From: Octopus bimaculoides
Lineage: Eukaryota
Assembly (NCBI RefSeq): GCF_001194135.2
Contig: NC_068987.1
Location: 3,760,817 to 3,803,325, forward strand
Reading direction: 5' to 3'
DNA: 42,509 nucleotides
In this document: piece by piece, positions 23,313 through 35,586 of the stretch
Position numbering within the stretch: position 1 is the stretch's first letter
Layout of the letters: each line of letters begins with the position of its first letter
Notes under the pieces: model-generated
Database searches by the model: none
Told to the model about the DNA's origin: nothing
The model's input: the letters and a program-made list of their open reading frames with translations, nothing else
Made by a program: the position numbers and the translations under genes

Positions 23313-23966
23313 TGGTTTCAAATTTCGGCACAAGACCAGCAATTTCGGGGATGAAGTCAGTCGATTATATTGTCCCAAGTGTTCAGCTAGTAATTATTTT
23401 ATTGATGCCCCTGGAAGGATGGAAGGCAAAACCAACCTCAACAGAATTTGAACTCAGAATGTAAAGATAGATGAAATGCTGTGAAGCATTTTGCTTGATG
23501 TGCTAATGATTCTACCAGCTTGCTACCTTGATTAAATAATAATAACAATAGTAATCATTTCTATGATAAGCACAAGGCCTGAAATTTGGTGGGGACAAGG
23601 CTAGCTCATTATGTCAACTCCAGTTGTCAACTGGTGCTTATTTCTTTGACCCCGAAAGGATGGATGGCAAAGCCAACCTCAACAGAATTTGAACTCAGAA
23701 CATAAAGATGGATGAAATGCTTCTAAGCATTTTGTCAGACATGATGAGGGTTTTGCCAGCTCGCCATCTTGATGATGATAATAATAGTATTGGTAGTAGT
23801 AGTAGTAGTAGTAGTATAGTTTCTACTATAGGCATAAGGCCTGGATTTTAGTGGGGAAGGGGACAATTGATCACTTCGATCCCAGTATTTCATTAGTAAT
23901 TTATCGAGCCCAGAAGGATGAAAGGCAAAGTTGACCTTGGCAGAATTTGAACTCAGAACGTAGCAA
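23313..23966 (-). mobile_element. Three head-to-tail SINE family B copies (about 23313-23527, 23557-23768, 23821-23966) separated by AAT/TAG tracts
   Basis: Each has aaggatg(g)aaggcaaagtcaacct...gaatttgaactcagaa. The first is flanked by the direct repeat ttgattaaataataataa. Confidence 0.8.
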
Positions 23967-23982
23967 CAATAATAATAATAAT

Positions 23983-24225
23983 CATTAAAAAAATATTCAG
24001 ATAAATACATAACAAAAACACCAGGACTTACAAGTGTATATAACATTCAGAAAATAGAACTACTAGGCACTGCACACGTCCTACATAAAACACTTTCAAT
24101 ACAGTGAAAATAAGAGCACCACAGCATATACCCAAGGCACACAGAGCTGCGCTCAGTAGCGTAGTGAAAGTATGTGATAAAAATTAGGCTACTAAATAAT
24201 AATAATAATAATAATAATAATAGTA
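23983..24225 (+). mobile_element. 5'-truncated Dong/R4-clade LINE end: YSDKYITKTPGLTSVYNIQKIELLGTAHVLHKTLSIQ*, UTR, (AAT)n tail
   Basis: Same UTR (aagagcaccacagc...cccaaggcacacagagctgcgctc) as 7080-7225. Preceded and followed by AAT repeats. Confidence 0.85.
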
Positions 24226-24241
24226 ATGAAGTTTTACTTAC

Positions 24242-24412
24242 GTCCATGATACATGGGGTCGCATCATTCTCATACAACTTTTCACTGGCATTTTAAAAAA
24301 TTCAACATTGGTTTTAAAGTCTATGTGTCCTTCACCACCAATTTTAAAATCAATTCCAGCTTTCACTATCTTTGACTCCAACTTGACAGAACCATCAAAT
24401 AACAAGGCTCCA
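24242..24412 (-). CDS. MTTP: MTTP exon, 171 nt: GALLFDGSVKLESKIVKAGIDFKIGGEGHIDFKTNVEFFKMPVKSCMRMMRPHVSW(T)
   Basis: Acceptor attgttgcag, donor AC|gtaagt. VKAG and CMRM match MTP VKAGL and VCMQM. Confidence 0.94.
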
Positions 24413-25220
24413 CTGCAACAATGAAATAACGATTAGATGGAACGGTATACACAAACACACACACACACACACATATGCAAGAGCTGGAGATTGCTACAAA
24501 ATACCTAATAAATAAAAAAAACAGTGAAGCCCTTGGAGACCCAAACTGCAATTGGAAATGCTGGTTATGTCACATTTCAGTGGAACGTATAACACCAGTT
24601 GCCCAGATGTGTCACTGAGGTACTACTTCACAATATGGCAGAATGTTGTTGCTAAAACAATATACAATGCCATCCCCCGACCAAAGGCTGTCCAGGGATA
24701 AAAATAGAGAACCCCATGGTTACTGAATACATGTGTAAACACTAACACAAGGAATATTGGTGGAACATTCCCATCAAAACTTCTACCAAGTGCAAAGATA
24801 ACAGCCAGATATTGTTATGGGATGTAAACACACCAACACTAGTTGTCAAGTAGGAGTGGGGGACAAACACACCCATACACACACATATATATATGTATGG
24901 GGTGGTTGGTGTTAGCAAGGGGTATCCAACCATAAAAACCCCTGCCAAAACAGACACAGTAGCCTGGTGTAGTCTTCTGCCTGACCAGCTCTTGTCAAAC
25001 TGTCCAACCCATGCCAGCATGGAAGACGGGTGTTAAATGATGATGATAAATGTACAACAGGCTTCTTCTATGTGTTAGTTATGCTTTTAAAGTTTTAATC
25101 AGAGAAGAAAAGGTATGTACGAGATGCCAGATCTGGCCAGTTTGAAAATAAAACAGGTAGAATATATGGGCCAGATATGGCTGGTTTAAATACTAAATGG
25201 CTAAAGGTAGTTCAACTTAC

Positions 25221-25375
25221 CTGTTTGTTACCACGCTTTGAGATGTTTGTCTCCAAATACTATTTACCATTGAACCAGAAATATCCAGAGACAGTGCTGT
25301 CATTAGATCAACTTTAGCAATAAAGCCATTCATAAGATGTAAAGTTTGGTGTTCATCTTGTAAAAGTATGTTACC
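25221..25375 (-). CDS. MTTP: MTTP exon, 155 nt: GNILLQDEHQTLHLMNGFIAKVDLMTALSLDISGSMVNSIWRQTSQSVVTN(S)
   Basis: Acceptor tttcttgcag, donor AG|gtaagt. LDISG...SIW matches MTP IDISGAMEFSLW, and the N780 equivalent is kept. Confidence 0.95.
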
Positions 25376-25929
25376 CTGCAAGAAAGAAAATCCACAAATA
25401 TCTTTTAAATATCACATTGTTATCAAAAGACTTTGAATATATTTCAAGCAATAATCTCTTGTTTATAAAGAAATGTTCAAAATATACAGACTTCATCATT
25501 TCATCATCTTTTTAATGTACACTTATCGATGGTCAAATGGTCAGATGCTCGTCCTGATGCCAACCCTCACTTGTTTCCAAATAAGGTAAATATTTGAGTG
25601 TGGTCGATATCAGTGCCGGTGGCAACATAGCACCATTTGAGTTTGGTCATTGCCAATGCTGGTGACATGTAAAAAGCACCATTTGAGCATGGTGGATACC
25701 AGTATCGCCTGACTGGCACTCGTGCTGGTGGCATGTAAAAAGCACCCACTACACTCTTGGAGTGGTGGGCATTAGGAAGGGCATCCAGCTGTAGAAACTT
25801 TGCCAGATCAGATTGGAACTTGGTGCAGCCTTCTGGCTTGCCAGCCCTCAGTCAAACTATCCAGCTCATGCTAGCATGGAAATGGACATTAAACAATGAT
25901 GATGATGATGATGATGAAATAAATATTAC

Positions 25930-26121
25930 CTGCAGAGCTGATGTTGGTTCAGATGGTGCATTCCATGCAGTGGACATCAACTTTCCTGACCCACGGAAGA
26001 ATTCAACTGGTCGTAATAAGACATCAAACAGTGTCAAAGACATTCCGGCTGTAGGTTCAACTTCTTCAGAAGTGGATTCATCGGACACCAAACTCTCAAT
26101 GCCATCAGCGTATAGTCTGAA
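25930..26121 (-). CDS. MTTP: MTTP exon, 192 nt, lipid-binding sheet: FRLYADGIESLVSDESTSEEVEPTAGMSLTLFDVLLRPVEFFRGSGKLMSTAWNAPSEPTSALQ
   Basis: Acceptor tttaatgcag, donor CAG|gtaata. AGMSLTLFDVLLRPVEFF is the diagnostic MTP motif (human AGMSAILFDVQLRPVTFF). Confidence 0.97.
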
Positions 26122-26686
26122 CTGCATTAAAAAAAACATAAAAGACATAAATTAGAAAATGGTTTCAAATTTTGGATTAAGACCAGGAATTTAGGTGAGG
26201 GTCAAAGATAATTACATCGAGCCCCTTGCTCAGATGGTACTTTTTAATTGACCCTGAAAAGATGAAAGGCAAAAGTGACTGTGGCAGAATTTGAACCCAG
26301 AATGTAAAGAACTGGAAGAAATGCTGCTAAGCATATTGCCTGACATACTGATCTGATGAATTTGCCTTGGATCAGTTTCTGTCTACCAAATTCACTCACA
26401 AGTCTTTGGTTGGTTCAAGGCTATAGTAAAAGACACTTGCCCAAACTGCCACACAGTAGGACTGAACCAGGAACCATGTGGTTGGGAAGCAAACTTCTCA
26501 ACCATACAACCATGGCCAATGAGGAACCGTATGTGTCCTGTTTTGGGACACATATGGTTCCTTACAATTAAACTATTGACCTCCATACAACATTTTGCAT
26601 GTAAGACGGCCAAAGAATGGCTAATTATCTTTTTCTAAAATTATATCAGAATGAAAATGAAAGAGAATGTGAAAAGGGGAACTCAC

Positions 26687-26808
26687 AGATAGAAGTTTCT
26701 CTGAAAATTCCTTGCCAAACAATTCTACATCGAGTGAACTCCTCTTCATTAGAGAAGATTTAGAATTTTCAATAAAGAGTCCGTAAGTGGAGTTGACTGA
26801 TTTAGAAA
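26687..26808 (-). CDS. MTTP: MTTP exon, 122 nt: SKSVNSTYGLFIENSKSSLMKRSSLDVELFGKEFSEKLLS
   Basis: Acceptor ctctttacag, donor TCT|gtgagt. Matches MTP [22 protein letters not shown]. Confidence 0.93.
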
Positions 26809-26847
26809 CTGTAAAGAGAAATTCAATGCCATTCTTAGAAAAGCTTG

Positions 26848-27052
26848 GTGTGTGTGTGTGTGTGTACGCTTGCGTGCATGTGTGTGTGTGCATGCATGTG
26901 TGTGTGTGTGTGATCGTGCTTGAATGTGTGTGTGTGTGCTAGCATGTGTGTGAGCGTGCTTGAGTGTGTATGTGTGTGCCTGCATGCATGTGTGTGTGTG
27001 TGTGCTTGAGTGTGTGTGAGAGTGTTTGTGCATGTGTGTGTGTGTGTGTGCC
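26848..27052. repeat. Degenerate (TG)n/TGCA microsatellite leading into a gap
   Basis: Read directly. Confidence 0.9.
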
Positions 27053-27065
27053 TGGGGCACTGCCT

Positions 27066-28018
27066 NNNNNNNNNNNNNNNNNNNNNNNNNNNNNNNNNNN
27101 NNNNNNNNNNNNNNNNNNNNNNNNNNNNNNNNNNNNNNNNNNNNNNNNNNNNNNNNNNNNNNNNNNNNNNNNNNNNNNNNNNNNNNNNNNNNNNNNNNNN
27201 NNNNNNNNNNNNNNNNNNNNNNNNNNNNNNNNNNNNNNNNNNNNNNNNNNNNNNNNNNNNNNNNNNNNNNNNNNNNNNNNNNNNNNNNNNNNNNNNNNNN
27301 NNNNNNNNNNNNNNNNNNNNNNNNNNNNNNNNNNNNNNNNNNNNNNNNNNNNNNNNNNNNNNNNNNNNNNNNNNNNNNNNNNNNNNNNNNNNNNNNNNNN
27401 NNNNNNNNNNNNNNNNNNNNNNNNNNNNNNNNNNNNNNNNNNNNNNNNNNNNNNNNNNNNNNNNNNNNNNNNNNNNNNNNNNNNNNNNNNNNNNNNNNNN
27501 NNNNNNNNNNNNNNNNNNNNNNNNNNNNNNNNNNNNNNNNNNNNNNNNNNNNNNNNNNNNNNNNNNNNNNNNNNNNNNNNNNNNNNNNNNNNNNNNNNNN
27601 NNNNNNNNNNNNNNNNNNNNNNNNNNNNNNNNNNNNNNNNNNNNNNNNNNNNNNNNNNNNNNNNNNNNNNNNNNNNNNNNNNNNNNNNNNNNNNNNNNNN
27701 NNNNNNNNNNNNNNNNNNNNNNNNNNNNNNNNNNNNNNNNNNNNNNNNNNNNNNNNNNNNNNNNNNNNNNNNNNNNNNNNNNNNNNNNNNNNNNNNNNNN
27801 NNNNNNNNNNNNNNNNNNNNNNNNNNNNNNNNNNNNNNNNNNNNNNNNNNNNNNNNNNNNNNNNNNNNNNNNNNNNNNNNNNNNNNNNNNNNNNNNNNNN
27901 NNNNNNNNNNNNNNNNNNNNNNNNNNNNNNNNNNNNNNNNNNNNNNNNNNNNNNNNNNNNNNNNNNNNNNNNNNNNNNNNNNNNNNNNNNNNNNNNNNNN
28001 NNNNNNNNNNNNNNNNNN
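27066..28018. other. Assembly gap (N run) in an MTTP intron. Other gaps: 15882-15891, 31075-31971, 34800-34901
   Basis: N runs. The three large ones abut microsatellites on at least one side. Confidence 0.99.
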
Positions 28019-28189
28019 TATATATATGACAGGCTTCTTTCAGTTTCCGTCTACCAAATCCACTCACAAGGCTTTAGTTGGCCCAAGGCTATAAGAGAAG
28101 ACACTTGCCCAAGGTGCCACGCAGTGGGACTGAACCCAGAACCATGTGGTTGGTAAGCAAGCTACTTACCACACAGCCACTCCTGCGCC
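28019..28189 (-). mobile_element. SINE family A 5' half, abutting a gap
   Basis: Ends in cacagccactcctgcgcc, the reverse of the head. Very close to the 21664 copy. Confidence 0.85.
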
Positions 28190-28213
28190 TAAATAATAGA
28201 TTTTGTTTCTTAC

Positions 28214-28311
28214 CTGTAAGATAGGAACTGAAGGCACTGGATGTTCCATTTTGAGTTAAAACCACATAATTTAGTAAGTCAAGCTTTTCAATTACTGATT
28301 TCAGGAGTTTT
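28214..28311 (-). CDS. MTTP: MTTP exon, 98 nt: KLLKSVIEKLDLLNYVVLTQNGTSSAFSSYLT(V)
   Basis: Acceptor ttttgcaacag, donor G|gtaaga. NY...GTSSAF matches MTP NYDRFSRSGSSSAY. Confidence 0.93.
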
Positions 28312-28469
28312 CTGTTGCAAAAGAGAAGTTATAAAAATTACAAGAAGCTATTTAAACAGAAATCCAGCATCGTATGTAACAGTTACAAACTTGTCATTAT
28401 GCACCTAAACATTCCAGGAAACATGAGGAAATAACATACAGAAATGTATTCAAACCTACTGCCAAATAA

Positions 28470-28625
28470 GGATGTGAACTGTCTTTAATTAGATGTTCGA
28501 AAACTGAAACTATTTTTCCCATAGGAAATTCAAGAAAAGCTTGGTGAATTTGAATAGGGATGTACACCGAGTGAAAGTTATAGAGGAAGGGACACTCTCC
28601 AGATGATACCCCCAACTTGTTGCCA
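28470..28625 (+). mobile_element. Possible second mariner HTH relic
   Basis: P*EIQEKLGE and GRDTLQ/DD pieces resemble PxEIHxxL...GRxSLEDD. Heavily decayed. Confidence 0.3.
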
Positions 28626-28796
28626 ACTGTGGTTGCCAACTTGTATCTTCGTTATTGGAGACACTGTTTGTCACCTGAGACATTTTTTGTTTGAAAACTT
28701 GTCCATAAACTGATTTGCTTATGATGTGAGGCGTTCATAAACCAAAGATTCACCGTATATAGTAGTATATCGTATATCTAGTAGTTTATAGTATGT

Positions 28797-28868
<72 letters not shown>

Positions 28869-29393
28869 GTATATGGATCAAAACAGTTTGATTCAAATTC
28901 TCTGTTTGATTCAAAGTTTGATTCAAAGCATGATGCTTATCCTCAGCCATTAGAACATTGACACGTAAAAAGCACCATCCGAACATGGCCGATGCCAGTG
29001 CCCCCGACTGACTCCCGTGCCAGTGGCATGTGAAAAGCACTCACTACACTCTTGGAGTGGTTGGTGTTAGGAAGAGCATCAAGCTATAGACACAGCCAGA
29101 TCAGATTGGAGCCTGGTGCAGCCTCCTGGCTCTCCAGACCTCAGTCAAACCATCCAACCCATGCCAGCATGGAAAAGAGACGTTAAACGATGATGATAAT
29201 ATAGAAGTGTAAAACTCTCTAATAATTAAATAACTGGTAAAAGTATAATGGGGATAGTTATGTAAGTGAAATATCTCCTTTATCCTGATTTCAAACAATG
29301 GGTTCTGGCTATGCTGGAGCACAACAACCATAAATTAAGAAAAATCTATTCTTGTTTTGGCCCTTAATTAAATCAGATATTGATTATTCTTAC

Positions 29394-29602
29394 TTGAATG
29401 TGGGATTATTTTGTGCCATGTCGTTAAGTTTTGAGATGGTATATGTTGCAAATTCTGAATTGTCTCCTTTTTTGAGTGACCGAAGAACTTCTTCCAAAGC
29501 CAACGGGCAAATATCGGTAGACAACATAACTTCCAGTGCTGCAAGACGTGCACTGCTCTCACGAGTCTTATCTTTGTAGATTTTGAGCATTACTGGAACA
29601 GC
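29394..29602 (-). CDS. MTTP: MTTP exon, 209 nt: AVPVMLKIYKDKTRESSARLAALEVMLSTDICPLALEEVLRSLKKGDNSEFATYTISKLNDMAQNNPTF(K)
   Basis: Acceptor aatttgcag, donor AA|gtaaga. IY, SARLAA and NSEF align with the human Y528, R540 and E570 region (recalled numbering). Confidence 0.93.
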
Positions 29603-30497
29603 CTGCAAATTAACACAGAGTATATCGTTAATTAAATTCATACAGTAAGGTGGAAGCTGGTTGAATCATGAGCATACTGGGTGAAATGGATAGTGGCATT
29701 TTGTCCAACACTATGTTCTGAGTTTAAACTCAGCTAAGGTCAACCTTTCAGCATCAATAAAATAAATACCAGTTGACTTTTGGGGGTTCATGTAATCGAC
29801 TTTGGCCTTGTGCCAAGATTTGAAACCAATTTAATTTATATTGCAACTTCCTTAAATTTAAGAATTTTGTTGAATAACTAACCAAAGTTTTGGCTTTGAA
29901 GACAAGTTACCATAGGGATTACAGTGTAATTTTTTGAGAGTTCATCTTATAAAATGAGATTGTGATCTTGATATTAGATTAGAAGAAATCTTAAAGTATA
30001 GAGGCTTTGACATGCTAATGATTCTACCAGCTCACAGCCTTAAAAACACCATTTAATAATATTACCATTTGTTTTACATTTTAATCAGATTTCTTTCTGA
30101 TATTCATCCAATATCTCACTCCTATATGAGAACATGATATCAGAATAGATTCAAACTAACCCTAACTGTATTGCCAAGGGTTTGTCTGAAAATATTCAAG
30201 GAATCTGCCACACATCATAACAACAGAACTACTGCCACAAGGTAGCAAGGGTTTATAATTAGGGTAAGGGTTTGTGCAGAGCCAGTCCCATTCTCTTGTC
30301 CTTCAGATTTGTACGGGACTGATAACCCAGTAGTTATCACCTTGCAGGATTTTCATGGAGTTACCTTCCCTTAGACCAGCAGCTAAAGAGCTGAAGGATC
30401 TCGTCTGCCTCGGGTCTCTTGAGGGGGTCTTTGAGTGCCCTGATTGAAATATACAATTACAATAAATTAAGCAAGAAATTAGAAAAGCACGATTAAC

Positions 30498-30713
30498 CTC
30501 AGCTGCGATGACATCTTTCTTGAAACGCCGCAAAGAATAGATAGCTGTGCTGGAAATACTTGATGGTTTAGCTTGAAGTGACTTTTCAAGTAGAATTGGT
30601 AAAAATCCTTTTAAGCCAGCATTTCCCATTGATCGTATGTAGATTAACTGACAGTCTTCAGTCTTGCACTTTGACATCAAACTCTTAGTAGACATTATGT
30701 ATTCTTTAACAAT
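30498..30713 (-). CDS. MTTP: MTTP exon, 216 nt: IVKEYIMSTKSLMSKCKTEDCQLIYIRSMGNAGLKGFLPILLEKSLQAKPSSISSTAIYSLRRFKKDVIAAE
   Basis: Acceptor gatttcag, donor GAG|gttaat. YIRSMGNAGL is the LLTP helical motif (MTP YLLALKNALL). Confidence 0.93.
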
Positions 30714-30746
30714 CTGAAATCAATATATAGATAGACAGATGAATAG

Positions 30747-30779
<33 letters not shown>

Positions 30780-31971
30780 AGAAATGAGGGCAGGGAATCG
30801 TCAATTAATAATAGAATTAAAAATTAACAATTTTGCCAAGTAGTTCAGTATGAAAAAAACCTTTATCGGTAAAACTATTTATCATCGTAAATATACAGGG
30901 ATTAGCAATTGAGTTGCTTCTCCAACATACTGAAAATTTAGAAATAGCAGTCAAAGAACTACTGATTCTAAACTACAAATTTTTCTCTAAAACGGATGGC
31001 GATATTTATGGCACACATAGAACAAAAAACCGGAGGGAAAAGCGTAAACAAAACAAGTCTTTAGTTAATTGGATNNNNNNNNNNNNNNNNNNNNNNNNNN
31101 NNNNNNNNNNNNNNNNNNNNNNNNNNNNNNNNNNNNNNNNNNNNNNNNNNNNNNNNNNNNNNNNNNNNNNNNNNNNNNNNNNNNNNNNNNNNNNNNNNNN
31201 NNNNNNNNNNNNNNNNNNNNNNNNNNNNNNNNNNNNNNNNNNNNNNNNNNNNNNNNNNNNNNNNNNNNNNNNNNNNNNNNNNNNNNNNNNNNNNNNNNNN
31301 NNNNNNNNNNNNNNNNNNNNNNNNNNNNNNNNNNNNNNNNNNNNNNNNNNNNNNNNNNNNNNNNNNNNNNNNNNNNNNNNNNNNNNNNNNNNNNNNNNNN
31401 NNNNNNNNNNNNNNNNNNNNNNNNNNNNNNNNNNNNNNNNNNNNNNNNNNNNNNNNNNNNNNNNNNNNNNNNNNNNNNNNNNNNNNNNNNNNNNNNNNNN
31501 NNNNNNNNNNNNNNNNNNNNNNNNNNNNNNNNNNNNNNNNNNNNNNNNNNNNNNNNNNNNNNNNNNNNNNNNNNNNNNNNNNNNNNNNNNNNNNNNNNNN
31601 NNNNNNNNNNNNNNNNNNNNNNNNNNNNNNNNNNNNNNNNNNNNNNNNNNNNNNNNNNNNNNNNNNNNNNNNNNNNNNNNNNNNNNNNNNNNNNNNNNNN
31701 NNNNNNNNNNNNNNNNNNNNNNNNNNNNNNNNNNNNNNNNNNNNNNNNNNNNNNNNNNNNNNNNNNNNNNNNNNNNNNNNNNNNNNNNNNNNNNNNNNNN
31801 NNNNNNNNNNNNNNNNNNNNNNNNNNNNNNNNNNNNNNNNNNNNNNNNNNNNNNNNNNNNNNNNNNNNNNNNNNNNNNNNNNNNNNNNNNNNNNNNNNNN
31901 NNNNNNNNNNNNNNNNNNNNNNNNNNNNNNNNNNNNNNNNNNNNNNNNNNNNNNNNNNNNNNNNNNNNNNN

Positions 31972-32009
<38 letters not shown>

Positions 32010-32283
32010 GCAGCAGGGAAGGTGTTTATAAACCATTTAAAAGCATACAAAAATGGTTAGATTCACTTCAACATTTAAATTTAATTTGTCAAAATATTTT
32101 TGTCTCTTTGAAACCGCGACCTGTTGCCACTTCTATAGACCCAGTACATGACTGGTACCAATCACTCCTGACAGAATGAAAAGCAAAGTCGACTTCACCG
32201 AAGGCTGGAAGAAATACCACTAAGCCCTTTATCCAATGCATTAACAATTCTGTCAGCTCACTGCTTTCAGATAATCTTCTGTC

Positions 32284-32600
32284 TTTTACTGGCCATGCTG
32301 GGGCACCACTTTGAAGAATTTTTGGTTGAATGAACTGACTCCATTACCTATACTTATAAAACCTGGTACTGATTCTATTGGTGTCTTTTGCTGAGCTGCT
32401 AAGTTATGGGGATGTAAATACACCAACCCTAGTTGTCCAGCAGCAGTGGGGGACAATGTAAACAGAAACACACACACACACACACACATGATGGGCTTCA
32501 CAAGGCTTTGGCTGGCCCAGGGCTACATTAATATTAACAAAGTACCATGGAATGAGACTGAATCCCAAAACCAAGTGGTTTAAAAGCAACCTTCTCAACC
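32284..32600 (-). mobile_element. SINE family A copy in an MTTP intron
   Basis: ggccatgctggggcaccac...(CA)n...cacaaggctttggctggcccagggcta. Confidence 0.8.
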
Positions 32601-32678
32601 ATAATTCATTCCTCCCTGTGCCTATTCACTCACCCACGACATTCACCTGCGACATAAATAACATCTTTATTTACTTAC

Positions 32679-32789
32679 ATTTTCCTCACATTGACTCGGT
32701 ACCAAACAATACGTGAACATCAAAGCGCCAAGGGTTAAACCAACACTTTCTTTTAAATTCTTATTTGCGATATTTTTCTTATATATTTT
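32679..32789 (-). CDS. MTTP: MTTP exon, 111 nt: KIYKKNIANKNLKESVGLTLGALMFTYCLVPSQCEEN
   Basis: Acceptor ctctattccag, donor AAT|gtaagt, phase 0/0. Fills the segment equivalent to MTP [22 protein letters not shown]. Not in the ORF track. Confidence 0.9.
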
Positions 32790-33559
32790 CTGGAATAGAG
32801 TTAAACATTTTGAGTTTAAATATGTTGACAATTTTATGGACAATAATGAAATATATTATTTATTATCAAATAAAGATGAATTAAAAATGAAATACAATTC
32901 AATATCATAATCATCATCATTATCTAATATCTGCTTTCCATGCTGGCATGGGTTGAACAGTTTGAGTGGAGCTGGCAAATCGGAGAGCTGCACCAGGCTC
33001 CAATTGTCTATTTTGGTTAGATTTGTATGGCAGGATGCTCTTCTTAATGCCAACCACTTTACAGAGTGGACTGGGCACCTTTTATGTGGTGCCAGCAGCG
33101 AAAACAATTTTAGAATTATGCTGTTGTTATTGTCATTTTGACCTTAGGTCTTCTCTGGTCAAACATGCATACATGCATGCAGGTATGTGTGTATGTTTGC
33201 ATGCATACATGCTTGTATGTATGTGTGTATGTGATTGTTCAGTTTTATTTCAAGATTTCTTACCAAAAGAGAAAGAGCTGGTTTCTAACCTAGATCCAAG
33301 GCTCTTTCGTTGGAATTTCAACATCAACAACAGGGTATTTTTGTTTGTTTGTATGCGTGCAGATTTGTGTCTTGCTTTATGTTTGTCTTCTCATGCATAT
33401 CGTTGCATATCTAGATATGCTCATATATATTTAAAGCTTCTGGAAAATTTTACAGATTTTTACAGTTCCAGTGATAGTTTTGGATCTGTAGTCTTCAAAT
33501 CAGCAACTGCTTTCTGACTTTGAGATTGGTATTTAGGCAGTGTGTTACATATCCCAGGA

Positions 33560-33655
<96 letters not shown>

Positions 33656-33690
33656 CACGCACGTATGTAAGTGTGTGTGTGCGTGTGTTT
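33560..33690. repeat. (GA)n(GT)n compound microsatellite
   Basis: Read directly. Confidence 0.95.
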
Positions 33691-34447
33691 ATGTATGTAT
33701 ATATGGCATGGCTGTGTGGTAAAGAGGCTTGTTTTGCAATCATAGGGTTTTGAGTTCTCTCCCATTACGTGGCACCTTAACCAAGTCAAATGATGCATTG
33801 TAAGTGAATTCGGTAGATGGAAATCATGTGGAAATCCCTCTGTTTGTCTGTTTGTATGTATATACACACACATATATATATACACACATTGATTCAAGGT
33901 ACTTGATGACCCTGTCAGTGTTGATGCCACATAAAAGGCACTGGTTCTGGTGCCATGTAAAAAGCACCCAGTCCACTCTGTAAAGTGATTGGCATTAGGA
34001 AGGGCATCCAGCTGTAGAAACCAAGCTACAACAGACAACGGAACCAGGTGTGGCCCCTGCACATGCCAGCTCTGATCAATCCATCCAACCCATGACAGCA
34101 TAAAAAAACAGACGTTAAATGATGATGATGAAGACGACTGTGTGCTCCTTCCTTTCTTGCAATCATTTAAATCCTAATTCAAGTGAGATGCTTCAACCAT
34201 TCACATTTTAAATATCTTACTCAATTCAAACAATTTCCATCTACCAAATTCACTTACAAGGCATTGTTCGGCTTGGGGGGTGGGGCTATATTGGGAAACT
34301 CTTGTCCAAAGTGCCATGTAATGGGGCTGAACCCCAAATCATGTGGTTGCAAGCTGAGCTTCTTAACCACGCAGCCATGACGGCACCTATGATCCAGATA
34401 ACAAAGACAAAAACAAAATAAAAAGAAAATATGATGTTGCTTCTTAC

Positions 34448-34613
34448 CAGGAAATTATTCAGAATGAATTTAGCAGGTTTGGTAGCATAAGCTAAAGTAA
34501 AGAGATAACGCTCTGGGTAATCTGTATGGTCCCCTTCAAAATTGAGAAGTTCCATGATAGCCCGGTGAGATCCTTTTGATTGAGCAGCACTAGCAATATC
34601 AATTAATTGGGGG
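34448..34613 (-). CDS. MTTP: MTTP exon, 166 nt: PQLIDIASAAQSKGSHRAIMELLNFEGDHTDYPERYLFTLAYATKPAKFILNNFL
   Basis: Acceptor ttttgtttttag, donor CTG|gtaaga. Matches MTP PQLVDAVTSAQ...ERFLYACGFASHP. Confidence 0.95.
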
Positions 34614-34926
34614 CTAAAAACAAAAGAAAACAAAAGAAATTATTTTAAAATAACGAGGAGAAAAGTTAATTAGTCAATATTATTATCAACATTGTTCGAA
34701 CAGAGCAAAATGAATGTTTAAAGCATTTCACTTTAATTAGGATTTAAATGATAAATCATAAATATGAACTTCATCATCATTCATATATATATACATATAN
34801 NNNNNNNNNNNNNNNNNNNNNNNNNNNNNNNNNNNNNNNNNNNNNNNNNNNNNNNNNNNNNNNNNNNNNNNNNNNNNNNNNNNNNNNNNNNNNNNNNNNN
34901 NATATATATATATATATATATACCAA

Positions 34927-35076
34927 TAATAATAAGGAAAATGAAGAATTTGAACATTCAGACTTTCTGCTTGGTTTCATCAATAATTGTCCGACACACG
35001 TTTCGATCGTATCAATTGCAAATTTCTTCATATTTATAAGTCTGAATGTTCAAATTCTTCATTTTTCTTATTATTA
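34927..35076. repeat. 39-bp inverted repeat (38/39) with a 72-nt spacer in an MTTP intron
   Basis: taataataaggaaaatgaagaatttgaacattcagactt versus aagtctgaatgttcaaattcttcatttttcttattatta. Confidence 0.95.
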
Positions 35077-35425
35077 GTGTTGCGATTTTACATTCTAAGC
35101 AGCCAGGAAATAAACCGTAACATCAGACGGTAGTCTTTGGGAAATATACCTTTAAACAGAAGAAACTGGCCTTAGCACTTTACAGAGAGTAACATGTTAT
35201 GTGCCTGTGTCTTTGTTTGTCTCCCTCCACTGCTTCACAACCAGTGTTATTTAGTTTATGTACCCCTAAAAGAATGGTTTTCCAAAAGAGAAAATAAAAT
35301 AAGTACCAGACTTTAAAATAAGTGATGATGGTCGATTTTTTGACTAAACTCTTCAAGATGGTGCCCAAGCATGGCTGCAGTCCAATGAATGAAGCTAGCA
35401 AAATATGAAAATATCTGTTTCTTAC

Positions 35426-35586
35426 ACAATATAATAACTGTCTGGATGGGTCAAAGTGTGTAAAATAATTTCTTTCCCTTGGTTTCTAAATGAACGGACA
35501 TATTCCAAGAATGCAGATGCGGATGCCAGTGTGGAAAGTTGGTCTTTCCTTAAAACCTCTTTCACTTTACTCAGCAAATCCAAAGG
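35426..35586 (-). CDS. MTTP: MTTP exon, 161 nt, helical domain: PLDLLSKVKEVLRKDQLSTLASASAFLEYVRSFRNQGKEIILHTLTHPDSYYI(V)
   Basis: Acceptor tttcttgtttag, donor GT|gtaaga. Matches MTP [23 protein letters not shown]. Confidence 0.92.

Noticed and set aside
26835-32179. Long 310-420 aa ORFs in the ORF track
   Set aside because: They are runs of X across the N gaps at 27066-28018 and 31075-31971.
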